Source: Leptogorgia sarmentosa (taxonomy: Eukaryota). Taken from it: DNA of 64,000 nucleotides. Positions 51,096-64,000 of this stretch are shown in pieces. The notes beneath the pieces are model-generated. The model was not told where the DNA came from and searched no databases. It worked only from the letters and a program-made list of their open reading frames with translations. Every line of letters starts with the position of its first letter. Position 1 is the stretch's first letter. Location of the stretch: positions 1,550,001 to 1,614,000 of the forward strand of contig OZ210885.1 of the NCBI GenBank assembly GCA_964658305.1, written 5' to 3'. The translations under genes and the position numbers were made by a program.

Positions 51096-51796
51096 CACTG
51101 AGCTATACTTAATATATCTGGAGATCGGGCTCTCCACTTTGAAGTGTCGCCAAAAACATGGCGGATTTTACGTCACACGTCCCCTATTCTCATGATGGTA
51201 ATTACTGACCACAGTTGAAGTGTGTGCAGGCGCCGTTTCCAACCCTCCCTGGATTTTACTGTACGATTTTATATATAAATATATACTGCATTGCTGTTTT
51301 GATATTTTTTCAAAGAATTGAGATAAAGTATTAAAATTCTCTTATATCTCAAAAATATATTGTTGTATTTGTCGATGTACGCGCCTATAAATACCGAACG
51401 CGATTGATTAAAGAGGACTTGACAAAGGAGTTGTAGCATCCGTAATTTATCTGAAATTAAATGTAGTTCAGCAAATAAGTGACCGACCGTCGCCAACTAT
51501 GTGTGCAAAAACGCGGCATGTTGATAATCAACAAAATTCAACGAAATATTGTTTTGAATTTAAAACTTTGACGTGATATTAGCTGGTATTTTAGTATTTT
51601 ATTTTCAGACAGGGGGGTGAGAAAACTGCTCTCTTTCGGCAATGTTATTTGGTCAGTGGTTAGTCCCCTGAAATAGGGGACTTACTACGTCATAATGACG
51701 TAAATTTGGCTAAAATCCGCCATGTCTTTGGCGACACTATTTTGTACGGCGTGGTATTACGACCCGATCTCCAGATATATTAAGTATAGCTCAGTG
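51096..51796. mobile_element. Recent non-autonomous DNA transposon, 34-bp TIR, 8-bp TSD (P/hAT-like)
   Basis: aattaccc|cactgagctatacttaatatatctggagatcggg ... cccgatctccagatatattaagtatagctcagtg|aattaccc. Empty site at ~59181. Confidence 0.9.
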
Positions 51797-51829
51797 AATT
51801 ACCCCCTGTCTGTCTGCATACTATTACTC

Positions 51830-52480
51830 CAGCCTCGTACCCAGGCGCTTCTTAGCTTAGAGAGATTAGCAAGAATCCAGATAAATACATAGAGATCGGG
51901 CGCCAGCGCGCAAGGGTTCTTGGGCAGGCGCGACGGAGGAAGCGCCTGGCAGAATATGCAAAAAACATGGAGGACGACGTGTCCATATTCATAAATGCAA
52001 ATGAGGAAATTGCTGTTCTTGATGAAATTGAAAGGCCAGTCCATCGAGCGGTACATTATTCCGAACGGTGTAATTTCTTCTTCCGAACTCCACGATGCTA
52101 TTGAAGCGAAATTTTTAAACGAATTGAAACACTGTAGTGTGTATGCGAAGCGAGATTATTTTGTCAGAATCGTCATAAAATCATAAGATGACAGTATAAA
52201 ACTACCTTCGAAAGATAATTCCTGGAGCGATCTTTCTAAATCATCCATATTTAAGTCAACCGGTCCGAGATTTTTCCAAAATTATCACATTCCGAAGCTT
52301 TTCAAACGCACATCATTTTTACAAAAGTGATAGACGGAAATTTGCATATTCTGCCAGCAGCTTCGCAACTCCGTCGCGCCTGCCCAGCAACCCTTGCGCG
52401 CTTGCGCCCGATCTCTATATAATATTAATCTGGATTCTTGCTAATCTTTCTAAGCTAATAAGCGCCTGGGTACGAGGCTG
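51830..52480. mobile_element. MITE with 9-bp TSD (Mutator-like); second copy at ~59217-59862
   Basis: ctattactc|cagcctcgtacccaggcgctt ... aagcgcctgggtacgaggctg|ctattactc, long imperfect TIRs. Confidence 0.85.
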
Positions 52481-55081
52481 CTATTACTCCCTATCTTTCT
52501 ACATACTAATTACTTCCGCCGCAAACGTTTCCCATAATAATTACTCCCGCCGCCATACGTGCGCGGTAATACTACTGTTCCATATAAGGCATTTTCATTC
52601 TCAGTACACCATGCACCTGCACTACACTGGAGACAACAACCGTGCAGCTGACATTTTGGTGAGTTAATAGTGCTATTAATTTTTCTTTTTATTTCACCTT
52701 GGTGTGTGGTTGCTTTACTAGATATAAAGTATTCGATCATGTTACTGCCAAACAGTTCTTGCTAGCGCGAATTTGAACACTTTAGCGATCGAAGCATGCA
52801 GCATGACAATTGAACTTGCCATAGCTATCACGTTCATCTATCTTTCTACAGTAAAACTGCTGCGCGTGCAGTGAATTCCAGTATCGCGATATCATAACGC
52901 TTTTAATTTGTGTGTGTATGTGTGTGCGCGTGCAGTGTGTGTGCTGCTATAATTATATGATTTTTACTGATAAGTATTAGCACAAAGCTTCGAATTTTTT
53001 CTTTCTCAGGCTTTAAATTATACAAGATCATATTATATAGTCAACGCGATCTTTAAAACGTCTTTAGCCTATAGATTGAATTAAAAATATTTTTTACATT
53101 TAATGAAAAAACTGTGAAACTTTTAAGGATGAAGTTTTAGAAATATAATTGACGATTGAACATAATTATTATAATTTCAGTATTTTTTCTTGAAACGTTT
53201 TTCTCATTAATTTTTGACAATTTTGCCGGGAGCATGTAGCGACGAAAACTTTAAGGCCTCTATTCTGGAAGTTACCGCTGCAGAATTTCTGATCTGCAGG
53301 GAAAAAACCTAATTAGTGTTTTCTTGCTTGCAATACAATAATTAAAATAGGAAAGATATATGAATTTGCCTCGACATGTGTAGCCAAAAAAATCAACAGA
53401 AATTGTTGTTAGTCGTGCTTCAAGTGAGGGGCGCACAATGTAAAAAAATAGAAAACAACACGCTTCACGGAACGTTTAGTCCTTTAGGCCGTTAAACCAG
53501 GCGAAAAATATTTATAATTTTACTAGGCGTGTGGTATCAATGTCTGTGCAGTTAACAGTGTTAGTGATAAGGGCGTCAGGTTGTAATGATACTGACAAGT
53601 AATTAACGACAAATCCAAACGACTATAATTGAAAATAAAAATGTCATTGAAGAAAACCAGTACAGTATATTGTAGCTACATACGATTCTCTACGCCCACA
53701 AAACACACGTACGTCATGGGAAAGATGAATGACATTGTAAACAAAGACAAAGTAAATATAATTTGCGAACCGACGCAGATGTCAATATTTTGCCATTAGG
53801 CTTGACAGAAAAACGAAATCGTTATGACTACACTGTCAAAATTTGGAAGCAAAAGCTGCATATGTGTGCATGTTACAAGTGCAATTGTAAATATAAACGT
53901 GCGTATGCTTAGGCTTTGTTGACAATCGTTTCTTTGGATATTTCCCGCGGTTAATATATATAGGTCATAAATTTCGCTTAGTTCATGATAATGATAGAGG
54001 TATTGTGGAATGACGGCAAACTGTATTTTATAATTAATTGATTATATTAACTCGATCCATAATTTTCAGAAATTTATTGTACCTACGTTTAAGTATTTAA
54101 TTTATGCAAAGAAATATAGAATAGCTATTATACGGCGGTGCGAAGATACGAAATTTATCTTCGAGTAGTGAAAACAGTATTCACTGTGGCGGGAAATTAT
54201 CACGTGATTGATGTCTTCACCAGTGCAGATATGAAAAATATCTCATTGTATATTTTTCTGTACCTGTATTAATTATATTATAACAATAACAAAGTCGGGC
54301 CAAAACCATATTTCCGCCCAAGAACATCAAATGTATTACTATTACACTGAACAGACATTCGACCTTAGCAACAAAACACTTGGCACTTGACAACGCGCAC
54401 GTTCTAATGTTGAAACGTTGATATGCTTGTGACGTCATTAAACACTCAGACTGAATGCGCGATAATTAAGTTTGGAATAGCGAACGTAGTCGACGGAAGT
54501 CTAAATGAGTAATGTCGAAATTTCTAATGAATTTTATGTGACAAGAAAAACCCATTTATGCATGGACTGCTCCAAACTACACTATAAGCAAAAGTAAATC
54601 TTTTTCTATCTCTTGATACAATGTTAATAATTATTATTGTGTGTAAAATGTCTAAAAATTATAATAGAGCACTGCAGCTGAGTTCATTGATGATCTGGAT
54701 GGTTCGTTTGCCAAATATTTATTATTTTAAAATTGAAATAGTCTGTAATTGCACCCCCCTTTTCCGCCTTTTTTCATTATTTCCTACAACTTTTCGCAAC
54801 TAAACTCAGAATAAATAACTTTAACTCAGGGCAACAATTTGGTATTGCGCGTGCTCCCTAAGCAAAATTCATGCAGTGGAATTAAACAGCTAAGAGATCT
54901 TTATGCCTAAATATCTTGATTTGTTTCATCATATTACTATATATCTACATACGGACTCAACAAATATCTAAATTAATAACCTGAACCCATGAATTCAGGA
55001 ATGTTTTGTTTTCTTCAAAACTGAATGTGAAAAATTAACATTTTAGATACCAAATCGCGGGAAAGAAGACGCAGGTGCAAA

Positions 55082-58031
55082 ATGGCAAATTTTGGGAGAG
55101 TTCTTTCCGTCCTCATGTACCTGCTGTTGGTACACAGATGTTATTCCATGAGATCAAGTACTTGGTTCAAGCTCGTCATTTCAGGTTATTCAATTTCCCT
55201 TAGCATTGTCTGCAGTTAGATTTATCCGAAATAAATGCAAAAGGACTTGGTATTACTGAACGGAAATTTCTCCCAACACCGGTCAATAAAGCAGGGTTGA
55301 AAACAACAAAACTCGATCCCTGCAAACAAAATGTGTGCGAACTTCAAATTTTTAACTTTTGTGTTCTATGAACGATAAGAATGGATGGGAAGTGTGAATT
55401 CTTAGAATTTTTCTGTCAATAAAGGATGTTGAAAATTACGAATCTTCAGTTCTTGAGAAGCAAAAATTCGGTTTGGAAACGTTATATATTACGAATTGCT
55501 GTCAGCAACCAAGTGGTTTAAGAGGGGAGAAGTTGCACGAAAATTTTGATCGGAATTAAACATAAAACTGCACCATTAACATCGATATTTTTCTTCCAAT
55601 TCTGACAGGTCATCGCCTCACTGATAATGTAATCCGTGAACTCAGTACACTGAGTCTTTTGGAGTGTACTTTACACTGTATGAGAAAACCTTCTGAATGC
55701 AAATCAGTCAACTACAGAGTTAAACAACGTCAAGATTATTCCATAAATTGTCAACTCATTAATGCCACAAAAACAACACATCCTCAGAATTTGTTGGAAG
55801 ACAGAAACTACGACAACCATGAACGCATAATAACAACGGTAAATCTTCGTAGATTTTGCACTAACATTATATGAGATACAGTGGCGTCGGATACAGTGGA
55901 AACCAGATTTTTCCGAAACAAATATTTTACATTTACCAGTGCCTGACAATGAAGCGGGGGTGTTACGGTATTTTGCACGATTAAGGGCATGGTCACGAGT
56001 GTTTTAGAAATGTGTCCATGGCCTGCTTGCGTTATTTCCCGCATTTTAACGACCTAAACCCGATATCGAAACTGTAGACATATTAACTTGCATTAGACAA
56101 ATTAAGTGGCAAGATATGTGCAACTAATTATTGAAAAATAATAAATTTGCGTGAAGTTTTGGAGGATAAATTAGTCTTTTCGTTCATGTAGGAAAATAAT
56201 GGAAGCTCTTTGCCAAAGTTCCTAAACAGCAAAATAGAAGGTGAATGTCTAAAATGTGATAACGTTTTGATTGGTCTTCTCACTTTTAGTTAGTAGCTAC
56301 TTAAAGATTTGATCATGAATGATTTTAGAACTCTTTTTCAATTCTAGTGAGGGTTTGTTTCCCTGCATAACCTAAGTTTAGTTATGTGAAATTATAAAAA
56401 ATAGTCTCATTTGAAATCATCATTGCTATTAGTGCATGCCAGAAATCTCTATAAAACAATATAATTATTTTGTGATATCCTATACCTTAACCACACCGTT
56501 TTGTACAAAATCTTTGCTATTTGGGCCGTATATCTTCCCGCAGGGCCGTACACAGAGGGGGGACAGGGGGGGCAGGTGCCCCCCCCCAGGGAAAATTCAA
56601 CGGTTCGTTTTTATTATTGATATCCACTGAAATTCTCTCACATTCCTCCCAAAGAAAGACCACTGCCCCCCCAGTTAAAAATTCCTGTGTACGGCCCTGT
56701 CTTCCCGCATGATTTTTTTCTTTATTCAATACATCTGGCTTTTTGCAAAATCTTCCACACATCCAGCTGGGGCCGGTTGTTAAAAGTCGGGGCTATGACT
56801 ACTGCATAGTGATTTTATTCGACCGTTGTAGAAATCCTCAAAAGCTATAAAATTTCAGATATGGGCCTGGCAATAGACAATAGTTGAAAGAAGTGGCTAC
56901 ATTTAAATATATCAAGGCTAAGTCTGAATCAACAGGCTGTTTTAAAAATTTGGATAACATTTTCCAAACTTCGAACAACCGATCGACCAACCCCTGGTTA
57001 ATTTCTTTTATGACATCATGCGAGGTGCTTTCTTCAAACGTCACACTAAACTTAGGTTGGGAAGCTAACCTTGGATATTCAAAAGCAATATACTACTTCC
57101 CTCTCGGAAAAATGCAGAAAAGTTGAGATAATTATGTTATTTATGTTATTTATGTGTATTCAGCGAAATTTGATATAAAATTTCCATTCTCCATTCAACA
57201 GTACGTAAAAGTTGTGCTGATTGGCTGAATAAAAGTGCAGCCACAAATACAACACTTCAGGATGGTGTCTATTCTATAAACCCCGAGGGACAGAACAACA
57301 CAAATTTCACTGTCTGGTGTGACATGCATACAGATGGAGGAGGTTGGACAGTGTTCCAGAAACGAAAAGACGGATTGCAAAACTTTAATCGCAATTGGTC
57401 ATCGTATGAAAACGGGTTTGGTGAAAGCGACAGTGATTATTGGCTTGGTCTACATAGAATTTACACCATGATGAAAGATCACAGCCAAATTCTAAGAGTT
57501 GATCTTCAAGATTGGGAAAATAACAGCCGATACGCTGTGTATGGCGACTTTTCAATTGGGAGTGAAGATGTTGAGTACCAAATAAAAATTGGAAGATATT
57601 CAGGTGGAAAATTTTTGATTATATTCAAAATCAATATCTTTCCCTTTGCCACTTAACAACACTTACGACAAACGGGGGCAGGGAATTTGCTCCTCTTTGC
57701 CTTTGCCATAGAGGGCAGAATTTTAAACTGGCAAATAATTATTGTCTTTTCATTTCCCGTAGGTGATGCAGGAGACTCTCTCGACTATCACAGTGGTTGG
57801 AAATTCAGCACTTACGATAACGATAACGACAACGATGACGGCCGTAACTGTGCATCTGTGTTTCAAGGTGGATGGTGGTTTCGTAGGTGTCTGGAAAGTA
57901 ACCTGAATGGTCAGTACATCCAAGGAGGACGTCATTCAGGCAAAGCAGGCACAGGAGTTCAATGGCAGAAATTTACAGGCGATCAATATTCCTTGAAATA
58001 CACCGAAATGAAAATACGACCAAAAAACTAG
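55082..58031 (+). CDS. Secreted PAN-B + FReD protein
   Basis: Exons 55082-55184, 55609-55838, 56192-56240, 57202-57603, 57763-58031 in phase 1,0,1,1. Leader MANFGRVLSVLMYLLLVHRCYS. PAN GHRLTDNVI..CTLHCMRKPSECKSVNY..CQLI. Complete FReD. Confidence 0.9.
56541..56699. mobile_element. hAT-like MITE with 8-bp TSD
   Basis: tcttcccg|cagggccgtacacag ... ctgtgtacggccctg|tcttcccg. Single tcttcccg at the paralogous site ~48396. Confidence 0.9.
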
Positions 58032-61000
58032 AACATTCCAGTTAATGAATATTTGTACCACAAATGGGGAAAATGTAGAGAGTTGTAGCTTTTCATTTTA
58101 TTACAAGCCCATCAATGGAACTTTCCCCTTTTAGACGAACTTTAGAATTGGGTGAATTCATCATCACGGCTGGAAGGAGGATATCATTGGATATCATTAA
58201 TTCAGTAGAATCGCGAGGTTTGTTTTGCAAAATTACGTTAAATGTGAAAATTACACAGTTATTCAAATTTGCGAATTTTCCATTGTATACTTTTGTATTT
58301 CGCACGGCGATTAAGAGATAATCAGATTTCGAATGTGACTATCACAGTTTGGCGTACATAAATCAACAGTATAGAAAATTTCCAAACTTTAAATGCCTGT
58401 ATTTCAAAACGATTACGAATTTTGTAACCAAAAAATGTCCAGTAATGAATTTTTTCAATTCAAAAGTTCGTCTAAAACGGGAAATGTCCATTCGGATGGT
58501 CGGAAACTTCATTTCATTACATGATTGATATAGCAGTAGCATTAGGAATAAGCATTACGAAGATCTTGAAATGGGTGTCCAGATCGTTTAGGCTATTGGC
58601 TATAGTTAAATTTAGGCTTGATGTTATTCGTTGGGGACATTTCATAAGATAGATTCACATAAAGTCACAATTAGGTACAAGTATAATTATTGTAGGCTAT
58701 TAACGACGACTCGACTTGTCCGGAAAATATCAAACTAACGTTCCATAGCGAGTATAATCATCCAGTTACTGGCTTGATTGAAATAGTTTGTAGACCAATC
58801 TTTATTAAATATTATTAATTAAAAAGTGTGTTCGTGACAGGCCGTTCATCTTTCAGCATTAGTTAAACGCAGTAATTTTCATAAAAACTAATCTAACATA
58901 CTAAGAAGTAAGCTACCAATGTTTTTACGATTAATAAACTTGTTACAAGGACATAAAGTCTCATTCATTATTCCCCGGGTTATTGCCACCATAATATACT
59001 ATCACAACTTTAATTTACTATCGTATTACTCAGTATCTGTCTGCATACTAATTCCTCGCTATCCTTCTACAAGCTAATTACTTCCCGGCGCTCTTTATAA
59101 CCCCATTGTGCACGCCCGCTTCATTAAAATACCCTCGCTATCTTTCTCCATAAATTAACGCTAACTCCTCTTTGCATACTAATTACCCACTATCTGTCTG
59201 CATCTATTACTTGATCCAGACTCGTACCCAGGCGCTTCTTAGCTTTGAGCGCGATTAGCAAGAATCCAGATAAATATATAGAGATCGGACGCGAGCGCGT
59301 AAAGGTTCTTGGGCAAGCGCGACGGAAGAAGCACCTGGCAGAATATGCAAAAAACATGGCGGACGACTTGTCCATATTCATAATGCAAATAAGGGAATTG
59401 CTGTTCTTGATGAAATTGACAGGCCAGTCCATCGAGCGGTACCGATTATTCCGAACGGTGTAATTTCTTCTTCCGAACTCGACGATGCTATTGCAGCGAA
59501 ATTTTTAAACGAATTGAAACACTGTAGTGTGTATGCGAAGCGTTATTTGTCAGAATCGTCATAAAATCAAGATGACAGTATAAAACTACCTTCAAAAGAT
59601 AATTCCTGGAGCAATCTTTCTAAATCATCCATATTTAAGTCAACTGGTGCGAGATTTTTCCTAAATTATCACATTTTGAAGCTTCGCAAACGCACATCAT
59701 TTTTTACAAAAGTGATAGACAGAAATTTGCATATTCTGCTAGGCGCTTCGCAACTCCGTCGCGCCTGCCCAAGAACCCTTGCGCGCTCGCGCCCGATCTC
59801 TATATATTTATCCGGATTCTTGCTAATCTCACTAAACTAAGAAGCGCCTGGGTACGAGGCTGCTATACTCCCTATCTTTCTACATGCTAATTACTTTCGC
59901 CGCTAACGTTTCGCATACTAATTACTTCCGCCACCATACGTGCGCGGTAATACTACTGGTTCATATAAGGCATTTTCATTCTCAATACACCGCCTGCACT
60001 ACACTGGAGACAACAACCGTGCAGCTGACATTTTGGTGAGTTAATAGTGCTATTTTCTTTTTATTTCACCTTGGTGTGTGGTTGCTTTACTAGATATAAA
60101 ATATTATGTTACTGCCAAACAGTTCTTGCTTGCGCGAATTTGAACACTTTAGCGATCGAAGCTTGCAGCATGACAATTGAACTTGCCGTGGCTATCAGGT
60201 TAATCTATCTTTCTACAGTAAAACTGCATGCGCGTGCAGTGAATTCCAGTATCGCGATATCATAACACTCTTAATTTGTGTGTGTACGTGTGTGCGCGTG
60301 CAGTGTTGCTATAATTATATGATCTTTACTGATAAGTATATTAGCTACAAAGCTTCGTGACTATATAATATTACCTTGTATAATTTAAAGTCTGAGAAAG
60401 AAAACAATTGAAGACTGAAGTCTACGCGATCTTTAAAACGTCTTTAGCCTATAGATTGAATTAAAAATATTTTTTACATTTAATGAAAAAACTGTGAAAC
60501 TTTTGAGGACGAAGTTTTAGAAATATAATTGACGATTGAATTTATTATAATTTCTGTATTTTTTCTTGAAACGTTTTTCTCTTCAATTTTTGACATCATG
60601 TTTTTGTGCGCAACAAATGAAGCCTTGCTGTATAATGATTATATATTAGAGACCTTTAGCTTCACGTTTACGACAAACCGCTGGCCGCGAACGGCAAATT
60701 TCCAACTCAACCTCGGGTTAGTTGTTAAAAAATGGTAGCTTTTGGGAATTAGGACAAATTGTGCAATAAACTTTTTTGGCGTTTGCCGGGAGCATGTATG
60801 GCGACGAAAACATTAAGGCCTCTATTCATGAAGTTACCACTGCAGAATTTCTGAACTGCAGGAAAAAAACCTAATGTTGTCTTGGTTGCAATACAATAAT
60901 TAAAATAGCAAAGTTATATGAAACCAGGCGAAAAAATATTTATAATTTTATTAGGCGTGTGGTATCAATGTCTGTGCAGTTAACAGTGTTAGTGATAAGG

Positions 61001-61735
61001 GCGTCAGGATGTAATGATACTGACAAGTAATTAACGACAAATCCAAACGACTATAATTGAAAATAAAAATGTCATTGAAGAAAACCAGTACAGTATATTG
61101 TACATACGATTCTCTAAGCCCACAAAACACACGTACGTCATGGGAAAGATGAATGACATTGTAAACATAGACAAAGTAAATATACTTTGCGAACCGACGC
61201 AGATGTCAATATTTTTCCATTGGGCATGACAGAAAAAGGAAATCGTTATGACTACACTGTCAAAATTTGGAAGCAAAAGCTGCATATGTGTGCATGTTAC
61301 AAGTGCAATTGTAAATATAAATGTGCGTGTGCTTTGGCTTTGTTGACAATCCTTTCTTTGGATATTTCGCGCGGTTAATATATATAGGTCATAAATTTCG
61401 CTCAGTTCATGATATTGATAGAGGTATTGTGGAGTTACGGCAAGCTGTATTTTATAATTAGTTGATTAATGATGATGATTAAACTCGATCCATAATTTTC
61501 AGAAATTTATTGTACCTACGTTTAAGGATTCAATTTATGCAAAGAAATATAGAATATTATGCGGCAATGCGAAGATATGAAATTTATCTTCGAATAGTGA
61601 AAACAGTATTCACTGTGGCGGGAAATGATTACGTGATTGATATCCTCACCAGTGCAGATATGGACAATATCTCATTGTATATTTTTCTGTATCTCTATTA
61701 TATTATAACAATAACAAAGTCGGGCCAAAAACATA

Positions 61736-62350
61736 TTTATGCCCAAGAACATCAAATGTATTACTATAACACTGAACAGACATTCGACCTTAGCAACAAA
61801 ACACTTGGCACTTGACAACGCCCACGTTCTAATGTTGAAACGTTGATATGCTTGTGACGTCATTAAACACTCAGACTGAATGCCCGATAATTAAGTTTGG
61901 AATAGCGAACGTAGTCGACGAAAGTCTAAATGAGTAATGTTGAAATTTCTAATGAGTTTTATTTGACAAGAAAAATCCATTATGGACTGCTCCAAACTAC
62001 ACTATAAGCAAAAGTAAATATTTTTCTATCTCATGATGATATGATGCCTTTATGCCCAAGAACATCAAATGTATTACTATAACACTGAACAGACATTCGA
62101 CCTTAGCAACAAAACACTTGGCACTTGACAACGCCCACGTTCTAATGTTGAAACGTTGATATGCTTGTGACGTCATTAAACACTCAGACTGAATGCCCGA
62201 TAATTAAGTTTGGAATAGCGAACGTAGTCGACGAAAGTCTAAATGAGTAATGTTGAAATTTCTAATGAGTTTTATTTGACAAGAAAAATCCATTATGGAC
62301 TGCTCCAAACTACACTATAAGCAAAAGTAAATATTTTTCTATCTCATGAT
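61736..62350. repeat. Direct tandem duplication of ~302 bp (period 313)
   Basis: 61736-62037 is repeated apparently identically at 62049-62350. Single copy in the other units. Confidence 0.9.
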
Positions 62351-62811
62351 ACAATGTTAATAATTATTATTGTGTGTAAAATGTCAAAAAATTATAATAG
62401 AGCACTGCAGCTGAGTTCATTGATGATCTGGATGGTTCGTTTGCCAAATATTTATTATATTAAAATTGAAATAGACTGTAATTGCACCCCCCCTTTTCTG
62501 CCTTGTTTCTTTATTTCGTACAACTTTTCGCAACCAAACTCGGAATAAATAACTTTAACTCAGGGTCACAATTTGGTATTACGCGTGCTCTCCAACCAAA
62601 AGGCATGCAGTGGAATTAAACAGCTAAGAGGTCTTCATGCCTAAATATCTTCATTTGTTTCATCATATTACTATATGTACATAGGGACTCAACAAAGATC
62701 TTAATTAATAACCTGAACCATGTAGTCTGGAATTTTTTTTTCATAACTGAATGTGAAAAATAAAAATTTTAGATCGATACCAAATCGCGGGAAAGAAGAC
62801 GCAGGTGCAAA

Positions 62812-64000
62812 ATGGCAAATTTAGGGAGAGTTCTTTCCGTCCTCATGTACCTCCTGTTGGTACACAGATGTTATTCCATGAGATCAAGTACTTGGTTTAA
62901 GCTCGTCATTTCAGGTTATTCAATTTCCCTTAGCATTGTCTGCAGTTAGATTTATCCGAAATAAATGCAAAAGGACTTGGCATTTCTGAAAGAAAATTTC
63001 TCCCAACACCGGTCAATAAAGCAGGATTGAAAACAACAAAACTCGATCCCTGCAAACAAAATGTGTGCGAACTTCAAATTTTTAACCTTTGTATTCTATA
63101 AACGATAAGAATGGATGGGATCGAAGTGTGAATTCTTAGAATTTTTCTGTCAATAAAGGACTTTCTAAATTCCTTGATGTTGAAAATTACGAATCGTGAG
63201 TTCTTGAGAAGCAAAAATTCGGTTTGGAAATGTTATATATTACGAATTGCTGTCAGCAACCAAGTGGTTTGAAGGGGGAGAAGTTGCACGAAAATTTTGA
63301 TCGGAAATAAACATAAAACCGCATCCATTAACATCGATATTTTTCTTCCAATTCTGACAGGTCATCGCCTCACTGATAATGTTATCCATGATCTCAGTAC
63401 ACTGAGTCTTTTGGAGTGTACTTTACACTGTATGAGAAAACCTTCTGAATGCAAATCAATCAACTACAGAGCTAAACAACGTCAAGATTATTCCATAAAT
63501 TGTCAACTCATTAACGCCACAAAAACAACACATCCTCAGAATTTGTGGGAAGACAGAAACTACGACAACCATGAACGCATAATAACAACGGTAAATCTTC
63601 GTAGATTTTGCACTAACATTATAAGAGATACAGTGGCGTCGTGGAAAGTGTTCAACAGGGGGACACAAAACCAGATTTTTCCGAAACAAATATTTTATAT
63701 TCAGTGCCAGTACCTGACAATGAAGCGGGGGTGTTACGGTATTTTGCACGACTAAAGGGTATGGTCACGAGTGTTTTAGAAATGTGTCCATGGCCTGCTT
63801 GCGTCATTCCCGCATTTTAACGACCTGAACCTGATATCGAAACTGTAGACATATTAACGTGCATTATGCAAATTAAGTAGCAAGACATGCGTAACTTATT
63901 ATTGAAAAATGATAAAGTTTGCGTGAAGTTTTCGAGGATAAAGTAGTTTTTTTCGTTCATGTAGGAATCTAATGGAAGCTCTTTGCCAAAGTTCCTAAAA
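62812..64000 (+). CDS. PAN-B gene, third unit, partial (FReD exons expected beyond the window)
   Basis: Exons 62812-62914, 63361-63590 and 63965->64000, near-identical to the 55082 gene with open frame. Confidence 0.85.

Larger units (their letters stand above)
44158..64000. repeat. Tandem segmental triplication (~7.4-8.4 kb units starting at ~44158, ~52598, ~59979)
   Basis: The same start sequence ttctca(g/a)tacacc..gctgacattttggtgagt and long near-identical non-coding blocks recur. FReD exons are offset by 8370 bp and PAN-B exons by 7752 bp. Confidence 0.95.

Noticed and set aside
51799..52186. ORFs in the 9-bp-TSD element (also 59190-59463) as transposase
   Set aside because: Short, frames not conserved between the two copies, no DDE motif.

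Overview
AT-rich, intron-containing animal genomic DNA. The repeat families and gene types look cnidarian/octocoral-like (inference only). Spliced genes were rebuilt by eye from GT-AG junctions and reading phase: two tandem secreted PAN/apple-TLDc genes (0.5-10 kb), a type II membrane sulfotransferase, UBE2M/Ubc12 (8 exons, minus strand) head-to-head with RPL39, a myristoylation-motif MORN-repeat gene, an AIG1/GIMAP-like GTPase, a Cys-rich type I membrane protein ending in PPxY, and a ~8 kb tandem triplication carrying secreted PAN-fibrinogen-domain (FReD) genes (44-64 kb, third copy cut off by the window end). The main observation is a mix-and-match exon system. A shared small linker exon joins interchangeable N-terminal cassettes (PAN-A or PAN-B) to interchangeable C-terminal modules (TLDc or FReD), and the PAN swap breakpoints are visible in the sequence. 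Other points: a minisatellite starting exactly at a UBE2M splice donor, a decayed RPL39 duplicate that keeps a 3' UTR hairpin, a Penelope remnant with an intact hammerhead core, a family of asymmetric-TIR plus terminal-hairpin elements, and many MITEs, several with empty sites in the paralogous copy.
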